Origin: a virus
IMG/VR virus record: IMGVR_UViG_3300042563_002756
Strand: one strand, 5' to 3'
Length of the DNA: 64,000 nt
Position numbers and translations under genes: made by a program. Shown here piece by piece: positions 20,220-29,416 of this stretch. Each line of letters begins with the position of its first letter. Within the stretch, counting starts at the first letter, position 1. The notes beneath the pieces are model-generated. The model made no database searches. It worked only from the letters and a program-made list of their open reading frames with translations, and had not been told where the DNA came from.

Positions 20220-20676
20220 TTTGCGGTTCCTTAGTTAGTTCGCACATTAAAATAAAATGTTCGTAGGCTTTACGAACTGCTTCATTAGAGTATAGCATCT
20301 TTGCTTCTTCTTGTAAAGCCTTTACACCAGCTTCGGCAATTTCTCTGGCACTGGGGATTTCCACATAGTAGCGGTCGTCACCGAATGCCTTGGCCATTGC
20401 TTCCCAAGCCTTCTTCTGCTTTTCAGTAATGGGCCTATTGTGTGGGCGCATCTCGCTAGCCTGCACCACTGCCTTACTAATAGCATCTTCAGCCACTCGG
20501 CTGGCCGCAATCAGCCCTGCATAATCCGGGTTGATATTAAAGCGGCGACTAGTGCCCCCAGGATAACACATAACCAAATGAGTACCCTTCGTATAACTAT
20601 CCATAAAATCGCTGTCGTACTCGGCGACAGGAACATATCTGCGGCCCTTTTTCTCATAGTATATCTTCTTGGTCAT
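20206..20676 (-). CDS. hypothetical protein (start chosen at internal Met to limit overlap; ORF open to 20817)
   Basis: ORF; 20654..20968 occupies the upstream part in another frame. Confidence 0.35.
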   Translation of the reverse strand: MTKKIYYEKKGRRYVPVAEYDSDFMDSYTKGTHLVMCYPGGTSRRFNINPDYAGLIAASRVAEDAISKAVVQASEMRPHNRPITEKQKKAWEAMAKAFGDDRYYVEIPSAREIAEAGVKALQEEAKMLYSNEAVRKAYEHFILMCELTKEPQNANS

Positions 20677-20968
20677 TTTGTAATCCGTTGCTGTGTCGGT
20701 CTGTAGTTTTTTCAACATCTTGGAATAGACGTTTTTCTTGTGCTGTAAGACTGTCTTTGTGGATATGTCGAGGATTCCCGCACATAGCACAACCTGGTCT
20801 GCCACAATCCATTGCATGATGCTTGGCCAAACGATGTGGCTCTTTTAGCACTTTGTTTTCATCAGCAAATGAATTGTGTTGTTTGGCAATTTTAAGTTGC
20901 TTCTTTACTGCTGTTTCATCTTTAAAACGTCTGCGGCTATTCAAATACTTTGCTTGTTCATTGGCCAT
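20654..20968 (-). CDS. hypothetical Cys/His-rich protein (104 aa)
   Basis: HHAMDCGRPGCAMCGNPRH zinc-binding-like cluster. Confidence 0.4.
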   Translation of the reverse strand: MANEQAKYLNSRRRFKDETAVKKQLKIAKQHNSFADENKVLKEPHRLAKHHAMDCGRPGCAMCGNPRHIHKDSLTAQEKRLFQDVEKTTDRHSNGLQNDQEDIL

Positions 20969-20977
20969 TATAACCTC

Positions 20978-21178
20978 TTATGTTGTTATTTTAGAAGATT
21001 GACGTTTTCGGCACTCCTCTCTAACCTTAGGAGGAATATCGGGATGCCATTCTGCCATTCCGCAGTCATATACTCGTTGCTGAGGTAAACTGTTTCCAAA
21101 AACTATAAGTCCAAACATTGCTAGAGATAACCCTACAACGATCATAGACAATCCGATCATTTGTAGAGTTTGCTTCAT
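20978..21178 (-). CDS. small membrane protein (66 aa)
   Basis: hydrophobic segment LSMIVVGLSLAMFGLIVFG. Confidence 0.4.
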   Translation of the reverse strand: MKQTLQMIGLSMIVVGLSLAMFGLIVFGNSLPQQRVYDCGMAEWHPDIPPKVREECRKRQSSKITT

Positions 21179-22395
21179 TTGTATACCTTTAGGATAACAG
21201 TATCTTCACTGAACCGGCCGTTGAGTTGAGTCTCTGTAGTTTTAACACTCTTAGCAAACCAAGTCTCAAAACGCTTCTGTGTATTCTGCTCTTTGAACTC
21301 TTTGATCTGCTCTGGCGGCTTACGCAGGGTCTTCTGAACACTCTTGTCAGTAAAGCCAGTTAGTGTGGTGCCTTTTACACCAAGTCCAACACTGCTGGTA
21401 GCAATGTAGTAACCGATCTTACGAGTCTTTACATTGAACACTGCTACACCACTTGCACCAATAATAGTAGCAGGCGGAGCACTGGTAATGCCAAGTTTAG
21501 TGTCGCTCAACATGAACTTGAGTTTAGCAACAATCTGTTCTGCAGGCTTGACCTTGGCAGCACGAGGCTTCTTCATAACCTTCTGTTCAGCCGCAATCTG
21601 CTCACATGCAGCCATAATGCTTTCGTAGAACTCGATCAGCTTCTTGACATTCTTACGTGGCAGGTGCTTGTAACCCTCACGAAGTTGCTCATCTGCGTTA
21701 CCGCTAGCCAACTCCATCAGTTCATCGTGACCTCGCTGGAAGTAACCTTTGATGATACGACTGTGAGCTGCCTTGGCACCCTTGCCTTTGAGCAAGTTCA
21801 CAACCTTAATGTCTTTAGGGTTAAACGCTTCTGGGTCTACGATAAAGCTGTCAATGGCTGCATCAATTTCCTCACTCATACCACCTGCGGCTTCACGCAG
21901 ACGATCTTGAATAGTAGGAACATATACATCAGCAGTCTTTACACTTTTAACAGAGTCGTCGCTCTCAACTTCGTCATCTGCACCTTGCTCGATTACTTTG
22001 GAAATTTCTTTGCCCAACCAAGTTGCAGTGTCACGCCCATTGTTAAACCCTGAATGAGTTGATGGCATACCTCGGAGCAAGCAAGCGGCTACTGCACCCA
22101 TAGTAGTACCACAGCGGCTGTCTTTAGTATCTTTAAATGCTTTAATAGTAGACTTGTCGTAGCCGTTAGCACCCATCCAGTTAATAACTGAGGGCTTCAA
22201 TTCTTTAGCAGACTTCTCCAAACGATACCAAGCCATTGCACCATGGAAGTGACGCATGAATTGATTGTCGCTCCACGATTCTGCACCATCCCACTTTGGG
22301 CTATAGTCGCGCTTGGCATTCTCACGGATGCTTACGCTAGTGATCTTTTCTTTTTTAACTTTGGGTTTAATCTTAATGCCTGCGACTGTAGCCAT
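21175..22395 (-). CDS. hypothetical protein (406 aa)
   Basis: long ORF. Confidence 0.5.
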   Translation of the reverse strand: MATVAGIKIKPKVKKEKITSVSIRENAKRDYSPKWDGAESWSDNQFMRHFHGAMAWYRLEKSAKELKPSVINWMGANGYDKSTIKAFKDTKDSRCGTTMGAVAACLLRGMPSTHSGFNNGRDTATWLGKEISKVIEQGADDEVESDDSVKSVKTADVYVPTIQDRLREAAGGMSEEIDAAIDSFIVDPEAFNPKDIKVVNLLKGKGAKAAHSRIIKGYFQRGHDELMELASGNADEQLREGYKHLPRKNVKKLIEFYESIMAACEQIAAEQKVMKKPRAAKVKPAEQIVAKLKFMLSDTKLGITSAPPATIIGASGVAVFNVKTRKIGYYIATSSVGLGVKGTTLTGFTDKSVQKTLRKPPEQIKEFKEQNTQKRFETWFAKSVKTTETQLNGRFSEDTVILKVYK

Positions 22396-22451
22396 TTTGT
22401 GCTCCTTGCTGTTTCAGTATAGTTATATTATACAGCCAGAACGGCTGTAAG

Positions 22452-22730
22452 TCAAGAGTCGGTAATACCAGTTTTGTCCAAATATTCCGAGTATTTCAAC
22501 AGGAACATAGTACGCTTTGGCTCGTTGTAAAAGTCCAAATAGATTGACTCTTTTAGATACTTATGTCCAAAATCTGGATCCATCTTCCATACCCTGTGGG
22601 TTCTGCTAGTAAAACCTAAAACCGATTTCATCTTATTTCGAATTAGTAATACACTAGGCGGGTAATCCTGAGCTATTTGATTATAGATTTTAAGCCATTG
22701 TGCCTCGGACAACACTATAGATCTGCTCAT
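22452..22730 (-). CDS. hypothetical protein (92 aa)
   Basis: ORF. Confidence 0.4.
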   Translation of the reverse strand: MSRSIVLSEAQWLKIYNQIAQDYPPSVLLIRNKMKSVLGFTSRTHRVWKMDPDFGHKYLKESIYLDFYNEPKRTMFLLKYSEYLDKTGITDS

Positions 22731-23269
22731 TAGAACTCATTATTTTGATCCACGACTATCCAACCAAGTCGTTTTAGGTCTTCTTGAATTTCGGCAGTGA
22801 CAACACTTTCCGGAACATACCCGTTTGGGAAGGCTATGTTTATTTTTGGATCGTAATTGTTGTCGTTTCGAATTCCACTACAATACCAATCGATATAGTC
22901 TCCTTCTTGTAGCATGTCTGCTACAATTCCGCCAGCACGTCTCCAAGATGCTCCCCAAGTTTGATTCTTGAGAATAGGCATAACGTCTAACTTTTGGAAG
23001 TCATTGTTGCAGATTGCGGCGTAGAGATTTTGAGCATATACATCACTTGTCCGTACCTTTTCCAAAATCCATTCAGTACTACGGAGATCGTACTCCATGT
23101 TATCCTTTTGCCATTCTGGATCAACCATATTTTCTTCATCCTGTTGTCGTGCAGATTTGTAAAGATTAAGGTAATCTTCACTCGGCACTTTACCTTCTTC
23201 TTCACAGCGTTTTATATACCCTTCGGCTTGAAAAGTATGTCGTTCAGGACTGCTTGATACTTTAGTCAT
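22730..23269 (-). CDS. hypothetical protein (179 aa)
   Basis: ORF. Confidence 0.45.
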   Translation of the reverse strand: MTKVSSSPERHTFQAEGYIKRCEEEGKVPSEDYLNLYKSARQQDEENMVDPEWQKDNMEYDLRSTEWILEKVRTSDVYAQNLYAAICNNDFQKLDVMPILKNQTWGASWRRAGGIVADMLQEGDYIDWYCSGIRNDNNYDPKINIAFPNGYVPESVVTAEIQEDLKRLGWIVVDQNNEF

Positions 23270-23520
23270 TGCAGATTTCGTTTGTCAGCTTCACCGAAGT
23301 CCTCGGCAAACATGCGGAGTTCTTCATCGCTAAGTTCATCAATAGGGACTGCTTTGTCGAACAATTCTCCACTTTGGATCAGTTGTCCAATTTCAGCCAT
23401 CAACTCATCGAGCTCTTCCTGGGAACCTTCAAAGCTGTCGAAACAGCCAGGTGCAAATACAACTTTGAGCTCTTTGCGCTCTTCTGGAGTCATATCTTGA
23501 GGAGTTTTCTTTTCAGTCAT
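23266..23520 (-). CDS. hypothetical acidic protein (84 aa)
   Basis: ORF. Confidence 0.4.
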   Translation of the reverse strand: MTEKKTPQDMTPEERKELKVVFAPGCFDSFEGSQEELDELMAEIGQLIQSGELFDKAVPIDELSDEELRMFAEDFGEADKRNLQ

Positions 23521-23668
23521 TATTTTCTTTCGGAGTTAAGGGTCGATTGTTACAATAAAAACATTCACGGTCGTTACAAATATCTTCTAACCATTCATTG
23601 CAGGTTTCGCAATAGTGAGCATCATACTCTTTCGAGTACGATTTTATGCAATCAAGTCCACAGGCCAT
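23513..23668 (-). CDS. small Cys-rich zinc-ribbon-like ORF (51 aa)
   Basis: MACGLDCIKSYSKEYDAHYCETCNEWLEDICNDRECFYCNN...; overlap-coupled to downstream gene. Confidence 0.3.
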   Translation of the reverse strand: MACGLDCIKSYSKEYDAHYCETCNEWLEDICNDRECFYCNNRPLTPKENND

Positions 23669-24524
23669 GACGCACCTTGATAAGACGGATCATCATTTCT
23701 TCATCTTCGGCTTCGTATGCCTGCTCAATTTCGTGAGTCTTCATAAGAGCAGCATCGCCTAAGGCACGAGTTTCTGGATTAGCACTTTCTTTCATAAAGC
23801 TAAGTCCAGTCTCGCCGTGTTCTTTGCGCTTGAGTTCACAGTACTCACTCCACCCGCCGGCATCGTGTGCGTCAGGACGGTTTGGATAAACATCTTTCCA
23901 CCAACGATATAGGTCAAGAACTTCCTGTGCCTTAACAGCCTGCGGAGTTGGCTTACCAATATTTGGATCACCTTCGGCCCAGCCACTATCTGTATCGTGG
24001 CGGAGACTTCGTTGCCAATCCAGATTGTCGAGTCCAGCTTGTGGACAACGCCAGGTTCTCCAACGGAACCAACCAGTTGCCCAGAATGGGGGATTATACT
24101 TAACACTGTCTGCCTTATCTGCCCAAGCAATTTGCCACCAAGCTAATTCGACTTCAACAAAGTCGACCAGCTCATTAAAAAGACAAGGAAGGAAACGATT
24201 ACCAACATCACACCACTGACCGGGTTTAATGTCTTTAGGGTGTGCAGTGAGACTATGAGTACGAGTAACCCACCGGTTATTAACATAATACTTGATATCA
24301 TAAATCTTCCTAACGGGCCAAGTGACAAAGTCTTGGAGGTGGCCGAGTGCTTCTTCCGCTAGCCAGTAACGGAAATTGTGTTTCATTTGAGCCGCAGTTG
24401 TCCAGTCGTCCCATTGTTCAGCTGTACCGGCACTAAGTTTCTTAGTACCACGAAGCCAATCTGCAAAAGGACTGCAACTCCAATATTTCGAGTGTTGTGC
24501 CATTTTAGTCTTTCTTTTCGCCAA
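23652..24524 (-). CDS. hypothetical Trp-rich protein (290 aa)
   Basis: ORF. Confidence 0.5.
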   Translation of the reverse strand: MAKRKTKMAQHSKYWSCSPFADWLRGTKKLSAGTAEQWDDWTTAAQMKHNFRYWLAEEALGHLQDFVTWPVRKIYDIKYYVNNRWVTRTHSLTAHPKDIKPGQWCDVGNRFLPCLFNELVDFVEVELAWWQIAWADKADSVKYNPPFWATGWFRWRTWRCPQAGLDNLDWQRSLRHDTDSGWAEGDPNIGKPTPQAVKAQEVLDLYRWWKDVYPNRPDAHDAGGWSEYCELKRKEHGETGLSFMKESANPETRALGDAALMKTHEIEQAYEAEDEEMMIRLIKVRHGLWT

Positions 24525-25191
24525 ACAGTTGTAGTAGGCTTAGGAACAAGTTAATAAAATTCAAATACAAGCTCAGTGCTCCGCGAATTTCGGCAACACC
24601 ATCATTTTCCATTGATACCTCTTCACGAATACGCTGTGTGTCGTAGGCAGTTAATCCAAGGAACACTAGAATAGCAATGGCCGAAATGACCATTTGAAAT
24701 ACTGTGCTACCAACAAAAATATTGATAACGCTGGCAATAATAATGGCAATCAATCCAATTAACAATAGTGATCCAAATCCACTAAGATCCTTTTTAGTAA
24801 AGTACCCGTATCCACTCATAACACCAAATAGGATCGCACCTCCCATAAAGGCCGATACAATACTGCCCATGTTGTACACCACAAAAATTGTAGCAAAACT
24901 AAGCCCCATGAGTGCTGAAAATATATACAAAAATATCTGTGAGCCCGTTTTACTAAACTTTTCACTGGCTACACTAAATGCCAAAATCAGTAAAAGAGGT
25001 GCAAAAATTACTATCCATTTCATAATACCAGTGAAGAAAAAGGCCATCAATGCTGCATTAGCACTGACCTGATAGCTAGTAAACATTGAAATCAATACCG
25101 CAATTGCCATGTGCCCATAGACCCGACCCATTGCAGAATTGATCTGCTCTGCGTTTCTATAGACACTATTTTCATAAGTTGTCGAATACAT
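24505..25191 (-). CDS. Bax inhibitor-1/YccA-family multipass membrane protein
   Basis: ~7 hydrophobic segments; C-terminal GALSLYLNFINLFLSLLQLFG resembles YccA/BI-1 signature end. Confidence 0.7.
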   Translation of the reverse strand: MYSTTYENSVYRNAEQINSAMGRVYGHMAIAVLISMFTSYQVSANAALMAFFFTGIMKWIVIFAPLLLILAFSVASEKFSKTGSQIFLYIFSALMGLSFATIFVVYNMGSIVSAFMGGAILFGVMSGYGYFTKKDLSGFGSLLLIGLIAIIIASVINIFVGSTVFQMVISAIAILVFLGLTAYDTQRIREEVSMENDGVAEIRGALSLYLNFINLFLSLLQLFGEKKD

Positions 25192-25205
25192 ATATATAAT
25201 CTCCT

Positions 25206-25445
25206 TTAACCTCTAATGGTTATTTGTGTTTTATTTACAACGGGACCGTCGCTAACGAAGTCTAATCCAGCCATCTTGCCTTCATAAACTTTACCGTTCC
25301 ATCTCATTGGCATCTTGATGCTTTTATTTAATACAACAGTTAGCCGATCTTTATCTTTAAATTCATAGACGGTAGCATCCACTAACTTACTAGTATTTGC
25401 CTGCCGCACTTTACATGTTTCACTATGCCTAATTATATCTGCCAT
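25206..25445 (-). CDS. hypothetical protein (79 aa)
   Basis: ORF. Confidence 0.4.
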   Translation of the reverse strand: MADIIRHSETCKVRQANTSKLVDATVYEFKDKDRLTVVLNKSIKMPMRWNGKVYEGKMAGLDFVSDGPVVNKTQITIRG

Positions 25446-25476
25446 ACGACTATTATATAGTAGATTGTACCAAAAG

Positions 25477-25848
25477 TCAATTGGTTTTGGTAATAAACGG
25501 AGTTAATTCTGGAGGCGTCCAGCCCAAAGGTTTAAGCACTTTTCCATCCTCGCGCTTACGCACCTTGCCTGTTTCTTTGTCAATTTTGGCAAAATTAGTT
25601 CTCATGACTTCTTTCCATGCACCCTCTGCATCTGCGCCCATGCTGTGTAATGCTCCTATTGTAACAACTAAAATATCGACTAGTGCATCGACGGTTTCGA
25701 CTTTATCGTGTTGGCCTACAGCTTCGCCTAATTCTCTACACTCTTCTTCTATTAGCGTCATGTAAAGGTTAAATTGATCTTCGTTAAAGTTATCAACGGT
25801 CTGGTCGCAGGCTCGCATAAACTTTTCCATATCTCTAAAAACATTCAT
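25477..25848 (-). CDS. mazG: MazG-like nucleoside triphosphate pyrophosphohydrolase
   Basis: EExxE ... D metal-binding helices (LIEEECRELGEA ... DALVDIL). Confidence 0.65.
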   Translation of the reverse strand: MNVFRDMEKFMRACDQTVDNFNEDQFNLYMTLIEEECRELGEAVGQHDKVETVDALVDILVVTIGALHSMGADAEGAWKEVMRTNFAKIDKETGKVRKREDGKVLKPLGWTPPELTPFITKTN

Positions 25849-25905
25849 ATTTGGTCCTTTTGTTTTTTATTTTTTCTATTTTGAGCAGCTAGTCTCATTT
25901 TTTCT

Positions 25906-26682
25906 TTAGTTTCGTCGGAATGTGTTTGTCATATATTCCTTGTTGTAAATTAAATTTTTAATACTTTGAGATCTACTCTTAGAACTCTTTTCCCCTAACA
26001 CTGCTACTGCAAACATAGTATCATTGTGCTTGACCAACATTACTAAGCATCTACCTGCTTTGCTGGTAAAGCCAGTTTTACTAATCAACACATTATAGTT
26101 TGTAATATCAGGATTAGTGTTTCTTACCTGTAATGTTACAGTCTTGTTCCTGTTATTGTCAAACTCTACTTTCTCATTTTCAGCCGATGAAATCTGTGTG
26201 ATTAGCGTGTATCTACGCAACCACCATACAAAATTTACTAGATCATTAGCTGTACTAACATTTCCGGCGCCTATACCACTAGCATCTTCAATACGAGTAT
26301 TTTTTAGACCGATGTCGCTTATATGTTCATTGACATAGTTTATAAAGGCAGCGTAGCCACCAGGATGAGCATGTGCTAAACTGTCAGCGGCCCGATTATC
26401 GCTGGCGATCAGCATGGCCTTGATAAGTTCTATTCGGAGAACCTTGGTCTTATTTGGAAATCGTCCTGTTGTAGATCCTTTGACAACGATTGATTCGTTG
26501 AGATCAACTCCACTGTCAATTACTGCCATTGCTGTAAATAGTTTAGTAACACTGGCAATTGGTACTACTTGATCTTCTCTAACCGCAGCCTCCATTACTG
26601 CATCGGTAAAATTATATAGTGCGGCAGTTGTGGCACCTGCGTTTAGAGAGCAGAACAGAAGAAGGATAGTTAGGATTTTCAT
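25906..26682 (-). CDS. D-alanyl-D-alanine carboxypeptidase (serine peptidase S11, PBP5-like) with signal peptide (ORF open to 26739)
   Basis: signal peptide MKILTILLLFCSLNAGA; SxxK (SVTK), SxN (SDN), KTG motifs. Confidence 0.8.
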   Translation of the reverse strand: MKILTILLLFCSLNAGATTAALYNFTDAVMEAAVREDQVVPIASVTKLFTAMAVIDSGVDLNESIVVKGSTTGRFPNKTKVLRIELIKAMLIASDNRAADSLAHAHPGGYAAFINYVNEHISDIGLKNTRIEDASGIGAGNVSTANDLVNFVWWLRRYTLITQISSAENEKVEFDNNRNKTVTLQVRNTNPDITNYNVLISKTGFTSKAGRCLVMLVKHNDTMFAVAVLGEKSSKSRSQSIKNLIYNKEYMTNTFRRN

Positions 26683-26686
26683 ACAT

Positions 26687-26980
26687 TTATTTAACTTGTC
26701 CCCAACGAAGATAAAACTCGGATAACTTCTTTGCTTCAAGTTCCGCCATAATAATATACCTATATCCCGTCCACATTGAATCCATATGTCTATGCCATTC
26801 TGGTTTATCTACAGCGTGTTTGAATACAAACTGCCCTGCTTCACTACGTTCCCAATCAAACATAGGCCCAGCAGCATATATGTCAGGATCGTCGACATCG
26901 GCAAGATTAAACTTATGCACAACAACCTTGTGAATCTTTTTCACAACATCGCCTTCTACAGTATATCTTACTGAGCCCAT
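26687..26980 (-). CDS. hypothetical protein (97 aa)
   Basis: ORF. Confidence 0.4.
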   Translation of the reverse strand: MGSVRYTVEGDVVKKIHKVVVHKFNLADVDDPDIYAAGPMFDWERSEAGQFVFKHAVDKPEWHRHMDSMWTGYRYIIMAELEAKKLSEFYLRWGQVK

Positions 26981-27297
26981 GATAGATGAAATACAGTTAT
27001 AAATTTTTCAGCATCACTGCGATTTTTAAAATCCCACATGTCCCAAGACATTCGCTTACAGTTGGGCCAATCTTTTAATTTTTCTTCTGTCCATCTAACA
27101 CAGTTGTCTAGATTTATTGAATGAAGATGGTCGTTTACAAATTCCTCTGCCTCGGACGAACCCCAGTCTTCTACAAGTTGTAGCCGCCACCATCTTACAC
27201 CGGTACCTGTTCCATCACAATTAAGTTTAGGTTTAATCACAGAAAGTTTTTTGCTCCACTGAAATATCACCGCCTGCAAATCATCAAGTGCGCTCAT
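26968..27297 (-). CDS. hypothetical protein (109 aa)
   Basis: ORF. Confidence 0.4.
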   Translation of the reverse strand: MSALDDLQAVIFQWSKKLSVIKPKLNCDGTGTGVRWWRLQLVEDWGSSEAEEFVNDHLHSINLDNCVRWTEEKLKDWPNCKRMSWDMWDFKNRSDAEKFITVFHLSWAQ

Positions 27298-27749
27298 GCC
27301 TTCTTCTTTTTAAAGTACCGACGCTTTGGTTTATTGTCTTTTAGATTTAAAGGAGCGTGTTCCATCTCCATTTGACTCTTCTGTAGAGCCGCATGTATTT
27401 CTTCCGTGCTAGGCCCTTCTTCTTCCTCAGATGAGTCAAGACTGGGATGATCATCAAATGCAAAACCAACAGTACTGGCAAATTTAATAGTAGATTCAAA
27501 ATTACCAAGGTTTCTTAAAGACCCCACCGGACCTTTTTCGTCTTGACTAATGTTATGCCACGTTCGAATCTCAAGAATAGGTTCAATGTGTGAAGGTACT
27601 TCGATAATATAGTGATCACCGACAGAGTACCCTGCTTCACTTAGGTCAATTACTTTAATAACCTTGCCCTGAACAGGCTTGGTATTGCTTCGGTTAATGC
27701 CATATATCCATACTGTATCACCTACTGCATATTGTTTTTTAACTGTCAT
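27294..27749 (-). CDS. hypothetical protein (151 aa)
   Basis: ORF. Confidence 0.45.
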   Translation of the reverse strand: MTVKKQYAVGDTVWIYGINRSNTKPVQGKVIKVIDLSEAGYSVGDHYIIEVPSHIEPILEIRTWHNISQDEKGPVGSLRNLGNFESTIKFASTVGFAFDDHPSLDSSEEEEGPSTEEIHAALQKSQMEMEHAPLNLKDNKPKRRYFKKKKA

Positions 27750-27912
27750 GTTTTTCCTTAACGCTTACGTTACCTTTAGACTCTAACATGTCCTTAATGA
27801 ACTTGATAGCTTTTCTATCGGTATCGTAAACGTATTCTGCGTCCTCGTCATCGGTCCGCAAAGTTACTACAACACCGTTTTTTACCTTACGGATCTCGAT
27901 TGACTCAAACAT
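27739..27912 (-). CDS. small ORF (57 aa)
   Basis: MFESIEIRKVKNGVVVTLRTDDEDAEYVYDTDRKAIKFIKDMLESKGNVSVKEKHDS; fills the gap between flanking genes. Confidence 0.3.
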   Translation of the reverse strand: MFESIEIRKVKNGVVVTLRTDDEDAEYVYDTDRKAIKFIKDMLESKGNVSVKEKHDS

Positions 27913-27924
27913 AAATTCACCTTT

Positions 27925-28656
27925 TTATTTAGGAACACTTAAATTGTAATTGAAGTGAAAGATTCCAATATGAGCTGTTTCACGACTCAACTCTTGATCA
28001 CACCAGATCTCGTAACCTGCTTTTTGTGCCTGTTGACAGAAGAAGATATCTTCACCGATTTCCAAATTAAGTTCTGGAATAAACTCTTGCAAGTAATGAG
28101 GCTGTGGGATTTTTTCATATACTTCACGCTTGCAAAGTACTAGACCGTGTGGTAGAACATCGATCAGTTCCATTGCTGGACTATTATCTGTAGTTTGGAA
28201 TTCACGGAAGTTTCCGCTAGATCCAACCATACCTGTGAAGTTTGCATTAGGGAAACGACGACGACGATAGTTAGCACCCACAATGTCTTTGTTCCGCTTG
28301 AGTAAACGAATAGGAGCATCGATTGGAAACTTCATATCACTGTCAACCCACCAAATATAATCAAAGTCACTCTTTAAAAAGATGTCAACTAGATTACGAC
28401 GAGCAATAGTAATAACTGATCCGATATTAAATGCACAATTAATCTTAATACCGTGTGCTACTAGATTAGCAGCCGACATGGCAAGATGTTGTGCAAACTC
28501 TGCATTGACCATTTCCATTGATGGAACAGCGATCATAATTGATGGCGGTTTACCTCCTGGCTGCGTTGGCATCGCAGTAGTAGTTGGTGCCGTCGGAGCC
28601 GTCGGGCGAGCCAAGTTAGTCGGGCGGCTTGGAATGTTTAATTTACCTTTTTTCAT
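27925..28656 (-). CDS. putative glycosyltransferase (DxD, GT-A-like) with Pro/Thr/Ala-rich N-terminus
   Basis: WWVDSDMKF DxD-type motif; low-complexity PTAPTAPTTTAMPTQP N-terminal linker. Confidence 0.4.
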   Translation of the reverse strand: MKKGKLNIPSRPTNLARPTAPTAPTTTAMPTQPGGKPPSIMIAVPSMEMVNAEFAQHLAMSAANLVAHGIKINCAFNIGSVITIARRNLVDIFLKSDFDYIWWVDSDMKFPIDAPIRLLKRNKDIVGANYRRRRFPNANFTGMVGSSGNFREFQTTDNSPAMELIDVLPHGLVLCKREVYEKIPQPHYLQEFIPELNLEIGEDIFFCQQAQKAGYEIWCDQELSRETAHIGIFHFNYNLSVPK

Positions 28657-28668
28657 TTTTATCCTTAA

Positions 28669-29367
28669 TTATCTAGGTGCGAACTCTTGTTGTAATTTGA
28701 TGTTATCAAAAAATTCTTTCTTTGTAGCTGGATCATCTCTAAATGATCCTTTGAGCACAGTTGTTTGAGTTAATGAACTATGCGCCATGATGCCACGATT
28801 CTCACAGCACCCGTGTACTGCTTGAATGTAGACTGCTACGTTTTCTGAGGCAGTAGCTTTACTAATTTCTCGGGCAATGTCGTTGCAAAGTTCCTCCTGG
28901 AGAGTCCCGCGACGAGCACACCACTGAGCAATACGAGTGTACTTGCTAAGACCAATAAGTTTTTCTGCGGCGATGATGCCAATGTAAGCGACACCGCTAA
29001 CGGGCTGATGATGATGACTGCACATAGAGCGCAACTCACTACGTACCACCAGCATACCTTCGTATCGGTCTTCTGAATCGTTTGGAAATGCTGTTGCGTC
29101 TGGTGCTGCTTCATATCTTCCTGCCATTATTTCATTGTAGTACATCTTGGCCAGTCTACGTGCTGTGCCTTTGCTGTTGGGGTCGGTTTCACGATCGATC
29201 AACAGTGAATCTAACACTTTTTCAAAGGCCTCTGTTGCTTCGTCAATAAGTTCAGGCATAACATTGTTGTCGACATAGTCGCTGATGTTGTCGCCTGCCC
29301 AGAAGCGTTTGTTATCTTGTTTCATTCGATCGCGGATAACTTGCGATAGATTTTTACTTGTATCCAT
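28669..29367 (-). CDS. folE: GTP cyclohydrolase I (FolE)
   Basis: CSHHHQPVSGVAYIGIIAAEKLIGLSKYTRIAQWCARRGTLQEEL and VHGCCENRG align with E. coli FolE. Confidence 0.9.
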   Translation of the reverse strand: MDTSKNLSQVIRDRMKQDNKRFWAGDNISDYVDNNVMPELIDEATEAFEKVLDSLLIDRETDPNSKGTARRLAKMYYNEIMAGRYEAAPDATAFPNDSEDRYEGMLVVRSELRSMCSHHHQPVSGVAYIGIIAAEKLIGLSKYTRIAQWCARRGTLQEELCNDIAREISKATASENVAVYIQAVHGCCENRGIMAHSSLTQTTVLKGSFRDDPATKKEFFDNIKLQQEFAPR

Positions 29368-29388
29368 TTATTCTCCGAGTTATTGTCG

Positions 29389-29398
29389 TGGATGACTT
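29389..29398 (-). promoter_or_regulatory. TATAATATAC promoter-like motif upstream of folE
   Basis: member of the recurrent TATAATATA(T)AC family. Confidence 0.4.
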
Positions 29399-29416
29399 GT
29401 ATATTATAATACATTA

